A stretch of DNA of 64,000 nucleotides from Octopus vulgaris. Its lineage: Eukaryota. The notes beneath the pieces are model-generated. The model saw only the letters and a list, made by a program, of their open reading frames with translations, did no database searches and had not been told where the DNA came from. Of this stretch, positions 13,498 through 24,722 are shown one piece after another. The position numbers were made by a program, and so were the translations under genes. The stretch spans positions 29,698,001-29,762,000 of the forward strand of contig OX597823.1 in assembly GCA_951406725.2 (NCBI GenBank), read 5' to 3'. Numbering within the stretch: the stretch's first letter is position 1; each line of letters starts with the position of its first letter.

Positions 13498-13700
13498 GGA
13501 AAGTTTACGAGAATAAACAAAAGACGAAGGCAGGTGGAGTACAAACAAACAAATGTATTAGTATAGCGCTCAGGAATAGAAAAAGTCTTTTACGTTTCGA
13601 GCCTACGCTCTTCGACAAAAAGATACACAGAAAAAAACAAGGAGAGAAAAAAAAATGCGTGTAAGAGCTAACGATCTATCATGGCGTCCTGACTTTGGAC
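13495..13700 (-). mobile_element. Penelope-like terminal repeat (same family as 5441 and 62320) with HHR motif at 13587-13622
   Basis: Minus: CTTT-TTGTCGA-A-GAGC-gtag-GCTC-GAAAC-GTA-AAAG. Confidence 0.65.
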
Positions 13701-13723
13701 ATATATATATATATATATATATA

Positions 13724-14061
13724 TACGGAGATGTACTCGCATAGCAAGTAATTTGATCTGAGATCGTGTGCTGAAACGAAAACAATTGCAGCGTGGGAGG
13801 TGTTTATAAGCCATTTAAGAAACACACAAAAGCCGTTCGATTCACTCCAACATTTAAGTTTAATTTGTCAAAATATTTTCGTCGCTAAAATCCGCGACCT
13901 GTTCACTGACAAAGTCCGTGCTGCACGGACTTTGTCAGTGAACAGGTCGCGGATTTTAGCGACGAAAATATTTTGACAAATTAAACTTAAATGTTGGAGT
14001 GAATCGAACGGCTTTTGTGTGTTTCTTAAATGGCTTATAAACACCTCCCACGCTGCAATTG

Positions 14062-14063
<2 letters not shown>
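13724..14063. repeat. Inverted Penelope-like terminal repeats forming a perfect palindrome (141-bp arms 13781-13921/13923-14063, 1-nt centre)
   Basis: Arms read as exact reverse complements; a partial third copy lies at 18350-18469. Confidence 0.92.
13931..13980 (+). ncRNA. Minimal type I hammerhead ribozyme candidate with G3-C8 core (mirror copy on minus strand 13864-13913)
   Basis: TTTGTCA-GTGAACA-G-GTCGC-ggatttta-GCGAC-GAA-AATATT-T-TGACAAA: 7-bp helix I, 5-bp helix II, palindromic helix III, UUU site. Confidence 0.6.
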
Positions 14064-14129
<66 letters not shown>

Positions 14130-14159
14130 AATGAAAGAAGGAAGATGGAATGTACGGGA

Positions 14160-14290
14160 AATAATTATATCTATCAGACACAAAACACTCGACACACACG
14201 TCTCCAGGAACGCAGAACTACACTCATAAATAGGAATTATCCACAACCCCTAATAGACAATGCAATCCAACGAGCACTTAAAGTAAATGT
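14160..14290 (+). pseudogene. Penelope-like RT C-terminal (thumb) fragment
   Basis: RHTRLQERRTTLINRNYPQPLIDNAIQRA matches the PLE 'R..L..L...L..R.YP...I...I..A' motif. Confidence 0.6.
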
Positions 14291-14304
14291 AATATATATA
14301 TATA

Positions 14305-14715
14305 CGGGCAAAATGCCCCCTCCTGTCCAATTGACGGTGCTGAGTTGTCAAACATTTAAACTAAATTTTCTCAAAACAACTTGTCCGATCATCTCATAGG
14401 CCCTCCCCCCTTTGAGAAGCACTGATTTAACCTCAATTTGAGACACCAGCAAAAGAAGAAATAAAGATAGACTTTTTCTCGCGTACGCGTAGTATCGATC
14501 GCAACAGCTGATGTACTTGCGCGTACAAATGCTCGTTCCCACGGCTTCATCGATCGCACTCTCACCTGGAATCGATTTTTGTAATTTTTTCAAAACTTAT
14601 ACACGTCCTGATACTGCCGGTGTCTACATATCAAATTTGAGCGCAAAAGGCTGGAGGATGCCCGAGATCCTGTAAGACACACACAGACATACAGAACGAA
14701 TTTTATATAATAGAT
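14305..14715 (-). mobile_element. Helitron/Helentron-like non-autonomous element, 5' part
   Basis: Minus strand begins ATCTATTATATAAAATTCGTTCTGTATGTCTGTGTGTGTC (TC start, AT-rich, GTCT-type repeat). A Helitron-like 3' hairpin (CGGGCAACGCCGGG) occurs separately at ~18060-18085 on the plus strand. Confidence 0.4.
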
Positions 14716-14753
14716 GTGTGTGTGTGTGTGTGTGTGTGTGTATACATATATAT

Positions 14754-14802
<49 letters not shown>

Positions 14803-15406
14803 TATATATATATATATATATGGTATATATAAAATGCTTCATATCAGTCGTGTAACGGTTTTTCCGATCTCGTTATTCTATAATTATAATTAACAAAACT
14901 GTTATTCCTATAAAAAATAAGTGAATCTTATACCTATAACATATTTTCATATTTATGCATGTATGTAGTGTGTGAGTGTGTATGTGAGTGCGTACTTGCA
15001 CGTTAGTGTGTGTGTGTGTCTGTGTCTCTGTGTGTTCCTAAGGCCATATGTCTGTTTATGTATGAAGATATTTGCTTCTATAAGTAGGTTACTATAAAAT
15101 TGCCGTTCATTGTACGATGTTATGCGTTGTAGGCGGAAATGTCTGTCAACAGTTTAGAAGCCACTGCTTAAACATACACTGTCTGCTTTTTTTTCTTTGT
15201 GGGGCTGAGGTGACGTGGGGGTTGCGTGCTATCATATTCCCTGGTGTAGTTAAGACTTGGTGTAATAGCACCGACTTCTCGAATGATGGGGCATTATTTT
15301 GTGAATAAAGGATTTCGTTTTAAGCAAAAGAACGACTGTGAGTATTTTGAATGTATTATAGCGTTGTCCCGTTCGATTAGATTGGCTGACTCATTAGAAC
15401 CTAACA

Positions 15407-15785
15407 GTGGAGGCGCAATGGCCCAGTGGTTAGGGCAGCGGACTCGCGGTCGTAGGATCGCGGTTTCGATTCCCAGACCGGGCGTTGTGAGTGTTTACTG
15501 AGCGAAAACACCTAAAGCTCCACGAGGCTCCGGCAGGGATGGTGGTGATCCCTGCTGTACTCTTTCACCACAACTTTCACTCTTACTTCCTGTTTCTGTT
15601 GTACCTGTATTTCAAAGGGCCGGCCTTGTCACTCTCTTGTCACGCTGAATATCCCCGAGAACTACGTTAAGGGTACACGTGTCTGTGGAATGCTCAGCCA
15701 CTTACACGTTAATTTCACGAGCAGGCTGTTCCGTTGATCGGATCAACCGGAACCCTCATCATTGTAACCGACGGAGTGCTTCCAC
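15407..15785 (+). mobile_element. tRNA-derived SINE family C, full length with 11-bp TSD
   Basis: A box TGGCCCAGTGG, B box GGTTTCGATTCC; AGAACCTAACA at 15396-15406 and 15786-15796. Confidence 0.92.
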
Positions 15786-16140
15786 AGAACCTAACAATCT
15801 TCTTTCTGGCTCTTAACATTTGAGTTCAAATCCAACTGCGATCAAATTTACCTTTTATCCTTCCGGGGGTCAAAACAATGGATTGCCATTCAGTTACTGG
15901 GCTCGTTGCCATGATCAAAGTACCCTTCTCGAATTTCTAGCCTCAAGAGCTTCATATGGAAATCTTTGCTATTATCAGATAGAAACAATAGCAAGGCCAA
16001 AGGAAATACGTAACAAACGTTCCTTCCGGCTTGAATTGCTCTGAATTCAAATTCTGCCGACGTCGAATGTCATCCTTTCATCCTTTCGAGGTCCATAAAA
16101 TAAACACCAATCAAGTATTGGGATCGATGTAATCAACTTC

Positions 16141-17424
16141 TGTAAACACAGCCTCTATCCCTGATTCCCAACACGGCTTCGTGCCGAAGAGATCATGCTT
16201 GACCAATTTACTAGTAATGGAAGAATTGGTGACGCGCATCCTCGATGATAGTGATGCTGTTGACATCGTTTTATTGGATTTTGCCAAAGCTTTTGACTCG
16301 GTAAACCACCACCTATTACTTGTCAAGCTTCAAGCATATAGTTTCCATCCGGATATTATACGATGGGTTGGTGCCTTCCTCTCAGACCGCTCCTTCCAAG
16401 TCCAAGTTAATGGTTCGCGGTCCGACGTCTCCAGTGCGAGCAGTGGCGTGCCTCAAGGTTCAGTGCTTGGGCCCTTGTTGTTCTTAGTCTTCATAAATGA
16501 CTTGCCCGACGACCTCACGCAACACACCCTTCTATTTGCCGACGATATCAAACTGGTCGCTCCTCGCGGTAATATAGAGGATCTTCGTCGATGCCTCCAC
16601 CAAATTTGGAAGTGGTCTAACGATTGGGACCTGTATCTGAACGTGTCAAAGTGCTGTCATCTGCCTGTCGGCTCTACTCCTGCAACTCAACTTGATTTCG
16701 AGCCGGGTCGTCTGCTGCTGGAGAGGACCGATCAGGTAAAGGACCTGGGTATCTTGGTGGATTCCTCCTTTTCGCCTTCGGCCCAGTGCGTCCATGCTGC
16801 CAACAAAGTACGCGGAATTCTGTTCTTGATTCGACGGTCATTCGGAATGCTCACAGCAGCCATATTCCTACCACTCTATGTCACGCTGGTGAGACCCATA
16901 TGGGAGTATGGGATTCAAGCCTCTTCTCCTTATCTCCTCAAAGACATACAGCATCTCGAAAGAGTCCAGAAGCTGGCTACCCGCATGGCTCATGGTCTCA
17001 AAAATTTGTCCTACGAAGAAAGGCTGAGGACGCTCGACCTTTATTCTCTTGAAAAACGCCGCCGCCGTGGTGATCTCATTCTCGCCCACAACATTATAAG
17101 CAGAAAGTGTAACCTCTCGAAAGAGCTGTTCTTCACTCCTGCTCCAGAGCGTCGGCTGCGGAGTCATTCCGAAAAGCTCTACCTGCGACGATTTCATCTC
17201 AATCGAAGGAGAGGAGCTTTCTCCGTCCGGGTTGCGGATCCGTGGAACAAGCTGCCAGACGAGATGGTGAAGATGCCGACGACCGCTTTGTTCAAAGCCT
17301 CCCTGGACCTCAAGTGGCCTGAACTATTTACATAAACACCACCCTGTATTTAACTCCATGTCCCCCTACATGGCCTTGCTATTTGCTTTTGAGCCAAATT
17401 AACTAACTAACTAACTAACTAACT
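16141..17424 (+). mobile_element. Young 5'-truncated CR1-clade LINE with (AACT)n tail inserted into a family-B SINE
   Basis: Uninterrupted RT ORF; (AACT)n tail; AACTTC on both sides; SINE B sequence resumes after 17425. Confidence 0.9.
16181..17335 (+). CDS. LINE ORF2 reverse transcriptase, C-terminal 384 aa (frame open from the 5' junction; no true start)
   Basis: DFAKAFDSV, GVPQGSVLGPLLF, LFADD, LERVQKLATR, LEKRRRRGDLI, WNKLP. Confidence 0.9.
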   Translation: MPKRSCLTNLLVMEELVTRILDDSDAVDIVLLDFAKAFDSVNHHLLLVKLQAYSFHPDIIRWVGAFLSDRSFQVQVNGSRSDVSSASSGVPQGSVLGPLLFLVFINDLPDDLTQHTLLFADDIKLVAPRGNIEDLRRCLHQIWKWSNDWDLYLNVSKCCHLPVGSTPATQLDFEPGRLLLERTDQVKDLGILVDSSFSPSAQCVHAANKVRGILFLIRRSFGMLTAAIFLPLYVTLVRPIWEYGIQASSPYLLKDIQHLERVQKLATRMAHGLKNLSYEERLRTLDLYSLEKRRRRGDLILAHNIISRKCNLSKELFFTPAPERRLRSHSEKLYLRRFHLNRRRGAFSVRVADPWNKLPDEMVKMPTTALFKASLDLKWPELFT

Positions 17425-17535
17425 TCCTCCACCATTGAAAAAATGCTGGCCCTCTACCTGAACTGGAAACCATTATTGTCATCCGCCTCCTCCTCCTCCT
17501 CCTTCTTCTTCTTCTTCTTCTTCTTCTTCTTCTTC

Positions 17536-17574
<39 letters not shown>

Positions 17575-17604
17575 TTCTTCTTCTTCTTCTTCTTCTTCTT
17601 CTTC

Positions 17605-17663
<59 letters not shown>

Positions 17664-18082
17664 CTTCGTCACCTCCTCCTCCTCCTTACTCCTCTTCCTT
17701 CTCCCCCGTTGTCATTGTGTATGATAGACATATCAGTAAACAATTCTCAGCTAGATTCTGATTAACCATACTTAACGGCAAACGTTTCTTTTAAGATTAT
17801 TTTACCGATAGAAGAAGGTTTTGAAACATTTCAGTGTCCGCCAACGTTATCCTGGTGTTGGTATTGTTGTTGTTCTTGTGGTAGTGGTGTGAAAAATATA
17901 TATCTATGCATGTTTATACGTATATCTACGTATATTTTTAGTGTGTGTAAAAAAGGGAAAGAAAGCTCATCGGCAATTTTGACGAAATTCGAATCATAAA
18001 TATTCCAGTTCATTAGAGAAAATATAACAGAAAAGTCTAATTCTTCAATTGCATGTAACACGGGCAACGCCGGGTATCTCTG

Positions 18083-18160
<78 letters not shown>

Positions 18161-18494
18161 GTAGGATAAAATTTTTTCGCAAAAAATTTTTTTATCAATG
18201 GCCAATATATTAAAAAATATCTTTAAATGTTAAAATTATAAACAACTTATAAATAAGGGCAAACGAAAAAATTTCCAATGCCAAATATGCCGAAATCGAA
18301 CATATTGTCCATAACCATATACTTTTTTTGCTTGCCCTTATTTATAATTACGGAGATGTACTTGCATAGCAAGTGATTTGATCTGAGATCGTGTGCTGAA
18401 ACGAAAATAATTGCAGCATGGAAGGTGTTTGTAAGCCATTTAAGAAACACACAAAAGCCGTTCGATTCTGCCTTATTTATAAGTTGTATGTATA

Positions 18495-18576
<82 letters not shown>

Positions 18577-18653
18577 TATACATATATATATACATATATA
18601 TACATATATTGTCCCAGCATGGCCACAGCTCATGAGCTGAAACTGGAAAAATC

Positions 18654-18690
<37 letters not shown>

Positions 18691-18693
<3 letters not shown>

Positions 18694-19550
18694 AGAATGA
18701 ATGTTTTTATATATAATGAACGAGAAATACAGGAAGGGACGAACACGGAACACAGACAAATCATTCGAAGCCTTCAATCTTCAGTCAGACACCGAATCAT
18801 CATAGCAAATTTCGGCTGTTCAATTCTGATATTTGCTCCAACTCGGCCAGCCCCAAGAAAAAAAACTAAGCTGTAAGCATTAGATTTCTTGGTAGAAGAC
18901 AGGAATGTGAACGCACAAGACGGATGTGAATACAAGAGACGAAAACGAAATTGAAAACAGTAATGAAAAAACAAAACATATATAACGGTGGTTGTCATAC
19001 GACTTTAGACCAAATGAGACAAAACAACAACAACATAGCAGCTGGCGTAGAAATAATTACCGTTTCGGTAGCGGGGACACATGTTGGTCGAGATACGAAG
19101 GCCAACAGAATGGTTGAAGAAGCAGCAGGTCGCAGGAGAGAGAGAAAGAGAGACAGAGAGAGAGGGAATCAAAGAGGGTGGAAGGCAGGGGACAGAATCA
19201 GTGACCAAGAGAGGAGAAAGAAGGGATTAGGGAGGATGGGAGGAAGAGAGGGGAAGAATCGGAGGGCGCCAAAAAGTTTGGTGAAGAAGCAATGGCGGGT
19301 AGTAAAAGACAGTGTGTATAGAAGTCGTGCAGGGTTTAAAATTGGACAAACAAACGGGGGGGTGCACGTAACGCCGCAATAATATAAGAATGAATGTTTT
19401 TATATATAATGAACGAGAAATACAGGAAGGGACGAACACGGAACACAGACAAATCATTCGAAGCCTTCAATCTTCAGTCAGACACCGAATCATCATAGCA
19501 AATTTCGGCTGTTCAATTCTGATATTTGCTCCAACTCGGCCAGCCCCAAG

Positions 19551-19585
<35 letters not shown>

Positions 19586-20122
19586 AAGCTGTAAGCATTA
19601 GATTTCTTGGTAGAAGACAGGAATGTGAACGCACAAGACGGATGTGAATACAAGAGACGAAAACGAAATTGAAAACAGTAATGAAAAAACAAAACATATA
19701 TAACGGTGGTTGTCATACGACTTTAGACCAAATGAGACAAAACAACAACAACATAGCAGCTGGCGTAGAAATAATTACCGTTTCGGTAGCGGGGACACAT
19801 GTTGGTCGAGATACGAAGGCCAACAGAATGGTTGAAGAAGCAGCAGGTCGCAGGAGAGAGAGAAAGAGAGACAGAGAGAGAGGGAATCAAAGAGGGTGGA
19901 AGGCAGGGGACAGAATCAGTGACCAAGAGAGGAGAAAGAAGGGATTAGGGAGGATGGGAGGAAGAGAGGGGAAGAATCGGAGGGCGCCAAAAAGTTTGGT
20001 GAAGAAGCAATGGCGGGTAGTAAAAGACAGTGTGTATAGAAGTCGTGCAGGGTTTAAAATTGGACAAACAAACGGGGGGGGGGGGGGGTGCACGTAACGC
20101 CGCAATAATATAAGAATGAATG

Positions 20123-20130
<8 letters not shown>
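18691..20130 (-). repeat. Head-to-tail tandem duplication (693- and 726-bp periods) of a Penelope-like non-coding unit
   Basis: ATAAGAATGAATGTTTTTATAT at 18691, 19384 and 20110; units differ only in A8 vs A33 and G7 vs G15 runs. Confidence 0.9.
18778..18857 (-). ncRNA. Non-circularly permuted hammerhead-like motif (identical copy 19471-19550)
   Basis: Minus: GGCTG...AGCAAAT-A-TCAGA...CAGCC-GAA-ATTTGCT...TCTGA-CTGAAGA; helices I and III in exact hammerhead register. Confidence 0.55.
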
Positions 20131-20178
<48 letters not shown>

Positions 20179-20211
20179 TATACATATATATACATATATA
20201 TATACATACAT

Positions 20212-21237
20212 ACATTAATGACATTAATGACATCATCAAGCACAGCAACATAAAAATCTTTGCAGATGACTCCAAGCTACAGAAGGTCATAAATGAGGCG
20301 AGTGACCGGACATGCCTTCAGTCAGATCTACTGGCTGTTATCCAATGGGCAGAAAAAAACAATATGCTGCTGAACGAGGATAAATTTGAGCTAATCCACT
20401 TTGGAAAAGAGGATGCCCTGAAACTCCCATACTCCCTTCCTTCAGGTGAAACTCTCGCGGCGTCCAACAACATCAGAGACTTGGGAGTAATTGTGGACAA
20501 CAACATAAGCTGGGCCACTCATATAAACACCAAAGTTGACATGGCCCGCAGAATGTGTTCCTGGATTCTCAGAACTTTCCAGTCGAGAGATATCCACACC
20601 ATTATCCTTCTCTTCTCCACTTTTGCCCGACCCCACCTTGAATACTGTTGTCCACTGTGGTCTCCCCACACAATACAAGGTATCATAAAAGTTGAAGCAC
20701 CTCAAAGGGCAATCACAAAAAAGATAGATGGCATGACAGGCCTCGACTATTGGGGTCGACTAGAAAAGCTAAAACTCTATTCTCTCCAACGTCGTCGTGA
20801 GCGCTACATCATCTGCATGATGTGGAAAATATTCCATCAGCATTGCCCAAATGATGTTGGCATCACCTTTAAGGTACATCCAAGGCTTGGGCGCCGTGCC
20901 ATCCGCCCAAAACAAAAATCGCACTCTCATCTCATAACAACAATACGGCACAATTATTTCACCTCAATTGGCCCCGCTCTCTTTAACATTACACCAAAAC
21001 ACATTAAAACAGAAACTGACCCTATAGGGTTCAAGAAGTCTTTGGACAGATTCCTTCAAGAAATCCCGGATAAACCCCCTACACCCGGATATGTCTCTGT
21101 AAACAATAACTCTCTACTTGAGTGGGCCATAGTGCCCAAATTCTGACTTGAAAGACTTCACCAGGTGGTGCTATTAAGTTAGACATGGCCTGGGCCAATA
21201 ATGGCCGAAACCTATCAAAGTATCAAAGTATCAAAGT

Positions 21238-21238
<1 letters not shown>
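20212..21238 (+). mobile_element. Young 5'-truncated CR1-like LINE (second family) with (TATCAAAG)n tail
   Basis: FADDSKL in frame upstream of ORF 20364; RPHLEYCCPLWSP, LYSLQRRRERY; 8-bp tail repeat; embedded in (TA)n. Confidence 0.9.
20364..21146 (+). CDS. LINE ORF2 RT C-terminal region (frame open from ~20214)
   Basis: IRDLGVIVD, RPHLEYC, LQRRRERY motifs; no stops. Confidence 0.85.
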   Translation: MLLNEDKFELIHFGKEDALKLPYSLPSGETLAASNNIRDLGVIVDNNISWATHINTKVDMARRMCSWILRTFQSRDIHTIILLFSTFARPHLEYCCPLWSPHTIQGIIKVEAPQRAITKKIDGMTGLDYWGRLEKLKLYSLQRRRERYIICMMWKIFHQHCPNDVGITFKVHPRLGRRAIRPKQKSHSHLITTIRHNYFTSIGPALFNITPKHIKTETDPIGFKKSLDRFLQEIPDKPPTPGYVSVNNNSLLEWAIVPKF

Positions 21239-21280
<42 letters not shown>

Positions 21281-21298
21281 TACATACATACTTATATA

Positions 21299-21390
<92 letters not shown>

Positions 21391-21759
21391 CATATACATA
21401 TACATATATACATATACATATACATATACACATATACATATACATATATATATATATATATATTCTTTTATTCTTTTACTTGTTTCAGAAACAATATGTG
21501 GCCAATCGGAACCTTTCCGACCACTTCGTCTTCAACAGCTAAGATCACACAGCTAGTTCTGTCAACGACAGCCAGTGAGCACAAAAATAACCATAAACAA
21601 TATGTAGCTATTTATCATTTATCTATCATCTATCCATCTATCTACCAATTATTTATGTATGTATGTATGTATGTCTCTATCTATCTGTCTGTCTGTCTGT
21701 CCATCTATCTATATATCATTTATCTAACATCAATCTATTTATTTATCTACACACACCCG

Positions 21760-21819
<60 letters not shown>

Positions 21820-21948
21820 GGAAACCGATTCTTGACAGAGTAAGACTACTTCCTAAACTCATTTCCATCTAAGAAACTCTTTAGTTTTCCTTATCGCAAA
21901 TGACCTCTCATATGACTTTTAAGGCGTGCAATAGACTTGCAATTCAAG

Positions 21949-22180
21949 GGCGGCGAGCTGGCAGAAACGTTAGCACGTCGGGCGAAATGCTCAGCAGCAT
22001 TTCGTCTGCCGTTCAAATTCTGAGTTCAAATTCCGCCGAGGTCGACTTTGCCTTTCATCCTTTCGGGGTCGATTAAATAAGTACCAGCTATGCACGGGGG
22101 TCGATGTAATCGACTTAATTCCTTTGTCTGTCCTTATTTGTCCCCTCTATGTTTAGCCCCTTGTGGGCAATAAAGAAAAA
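21949..22180 (+). mobile_element. SINE family B, near-consensus full length (Meta/MESC-like central domain)
   Basis: tRNA-like head with B box GAGTTCAAATTCC, then GGTCGACTTTGCCTTTCATCCTTTCGGGGTCGATTAAATAAGTACCAG. Confidence 0.88.
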
Positions 22181-22392
22181 AGAAACGGTAGCACGCCGGG
22201 AGAAATGCTTATTGGTATTTCGTCTGTCTTTACGTTCTGAGTTCAAACACCATTACAACAACAACAACAACAACTACTACTACTACTATCATCATCACCA
22301 CCACCGCCATTATTTCCACTACCGCCATCGTCACCACCACCACCATCACTACCACGTCCACGACTACCACTGCGGTTACGTTGCTGCTGCTG

Positions 22393-22437
<45 letters not shown>

Positions 22438-22894
22438 TCACCGCCACCGCCACCACTATTTCCACTTCAACCATGACCATCATCACCACTACCACCACTA
22501 CCATCATCATCGCCACCACCACCACCACGTCCGCAATTACCACTTCCACTGCGGCAAAGGCTGCTACTGCTGCTCTTGCTACTGTTGCTGCTGCTACTAC
22601 TGTCAACAAGTCAGGAAAGCCTTAGCTACCGCCCATTTCCGCTACGAGTTTAAAGACCAGTTGTCAGGTGACGTGTTCGTACCCCGTTGCAGGTGTTGCC
22701 TTGTCACTCTCTTTGAACTTTGGAGGAAACAAACATTACACGGCTTTACAGCAAATTATTCACAATTGTTGCCGCCGCTATCACCAGTAACACAACCTCA
22801 CCACCACTTTCGCCCTCACCACTATCTCACAATTTTTGCTATACTATATGTTTTATAGTATACCGTGTATGCCTACTTTTCTTTTTTTATTTTA

Positions 22895-23245
22895 TCTGGT
22901 TCCGGTTTCAGTCCAACTGCGTGGCATTTTGGGCAAGTGCCTTCTACTATAGCCCCGGGCTGACCAAAGTCTTGTGAGTAGATTTGGTTGACGGAAACTG
23001 AAAGAAGCCTGTCGTATATATATATATACATATGTGTGTGTGTGTATGTTTGTGTGTGTCTGTGTTTGTCCCCCCCCCACCATCGCTTGGCAACGGTTGT
23101 TGGTGTGTTTACGTCCCCGTAACTTAGCGGTTCGGTAAAAGCGTCCGATAGAATGAGTACTAAGCTTACAAAGAATAAATCCTGGGGGTCGATTTGCGGT
23201 GCTCCAGCATGGCCGCAGTCAAATGACTAAAACAAGTAAAAGAAT
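22895..23245 (+). mobile_element. SINE family A, 5'-truncated
   Basis: Family match. Confidence 0.85.
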
Positions 23246-23437
23246 ATCATGTGTAAAACCCTCAAAACTGTCCCTGCCTTTGGCAAATCATCATCATCAT
23301 CATCGTCGTCGTCATCATCAGGTGGCGTGCTGGCAGAATCGTTAGCACGCCGGGCAAAATGATTAGCGGTATTCCGTCTGCCGTTACGTTCTGAGTTCAA
23401 ATTCCGCCGAGGTCAACTTTGCCTTTCATACTTTCTA

Positions 23438-23722
23438 ATGTCCTGACTTGGCACCGTGCGACTTCTGGTTCTTCCTCAATCTAAAAATCACGCTGTAAAG
23501 GAAGCGATTTGAGTCGCGAAAGGGAAAAAAGCGTCAACGGAGTTCCATAGCATTCGAGAGAAGGCGTTCCAGAAGGTACCAGCAGTTGCAGAACCGCTGG
23601 GAGAAATGGGCGAAATACGTGTATTTTGAAAAGGATTAAATAAAGATTGTGAAAAGTGTAAAATTGTTTTTGTGTTTTTTTTTTATGCCCAAAGCTCGGA
23701 TACTTTTTGAAAGGACCTTGTA
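23438..23722 (+). mobile_element. mariner-type transposase 3' remnant with right TIR
   Basis: PDLAPCDFWFFLNLK...KRFES; ends GATACTTTTTGAAAGGACCTTG-TA. Confidence 0.7.
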
Positions 23723-23739
23723 TGTTGTATAAATATTAG

Positions 23740-23784
<45 letters not shown>

Positions 23785-24189
23785 GTAGGTTGTAAGTAGA
23801 TAGATAGATAGATAGGTAGTAAGTAGATAGATAGATAGGTAGTAAGTAGATAGATAAATAGATAGGTAGATAGATAGATAGATAGATAGATAGAATAATG
23901 GATAGGTAGATAGATGTTAATGTTTGTTTTATGCGTAGTTATAATAAAAACAACTCTACATTAAACTGAAGAATTACTTAAAACATTTAGTACAGTACAT
24001 ATTTATCATACTTTGAGAAGAGGAGTGATGACAGTGACTTCGAAATGTCGGCCAGTTAGCCTTCGTCGGTTTAATAATATATGTTTGTGTAAAAAAAGGA
24101 ACAACTTTTCTTTTCAAACACTTCACATTAAAGATATGTCTTTGTTCGCAGTTTGTTTAGTCTAGAATAATAACCTTCCTAAATATATT

Positions 24190-24229
24190 AATCGACGTTT
24201 CAACACCTTCCTGGTTTCATCATCAGAAT
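24190..24229 (-). ncRNA. Minimal hammerhead motif (Penelope-type), slightly decayed
   Basis: Minus: ATT-CTGATGA-T-GAAACC-aggaa-GGTGTT-GAAAC-GTC-GAT. Confidence 0.5.
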
Positions 24230-24574
24230 GAAATGATGGTAATAGCGGCGCGTTGTTTGAGAGCTTTGCAGTAGGTCGCAAAGGGTCATGGAAATAGATA
24301 ATGATAACGTTATAACTAAACCGTTCATATCCAGATTATAAATTATATAACGGTTAAGTGTGAATTACTCATGCGCTGATTTTGCTGTGCATTTTTTAAT
24401 TACTAAAGCTTCTATAGTTATACAGTTTATAATTTTGTGTTAATTAGATATGATTTGTAGAGGCGGAAACTAATGATCTAAGTTTCTTAAAGAGCATTTT
24501 AATAAATTATGATGGTCAATTATTGAAAAAGCATGGTCAACTGGAGAGAAAATGTTGCAACATACATACATACA

Positions 24575-24632
<58 letters not shown>

Positions 24633-24648
24633 CACATACATACATACA

Positions 24649-24722
<74 letters not shown>

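Noticed and set aside
15407-15485. tRNA gene
   Set aside because: A/B boxes present, but there is no proper acceptor stem and it continues into a ~380-bp multi-copy body with TSDs: a SINE head.
16181-17335. Host gene or bacterial retron/group II intron RT
   Set aside because: CR1-type motifs, 5' truncation, simple-repeat tail and insertion in a SINE identify it as a LINE.
18800-18857. HDV-like ribozyme reading of the GGCUG/CAGCC + GCAAAU/AUUUGC pseudoknot
   Set aside because: No P3/L3 or P1.1 GG; the hammerhead register explains more conserved positions.
18951-20097. Duplicated 142-143 aa ORFs
   Set aside because: Low-complexity purine-rich translations with no recognisable domain, TTG starts.
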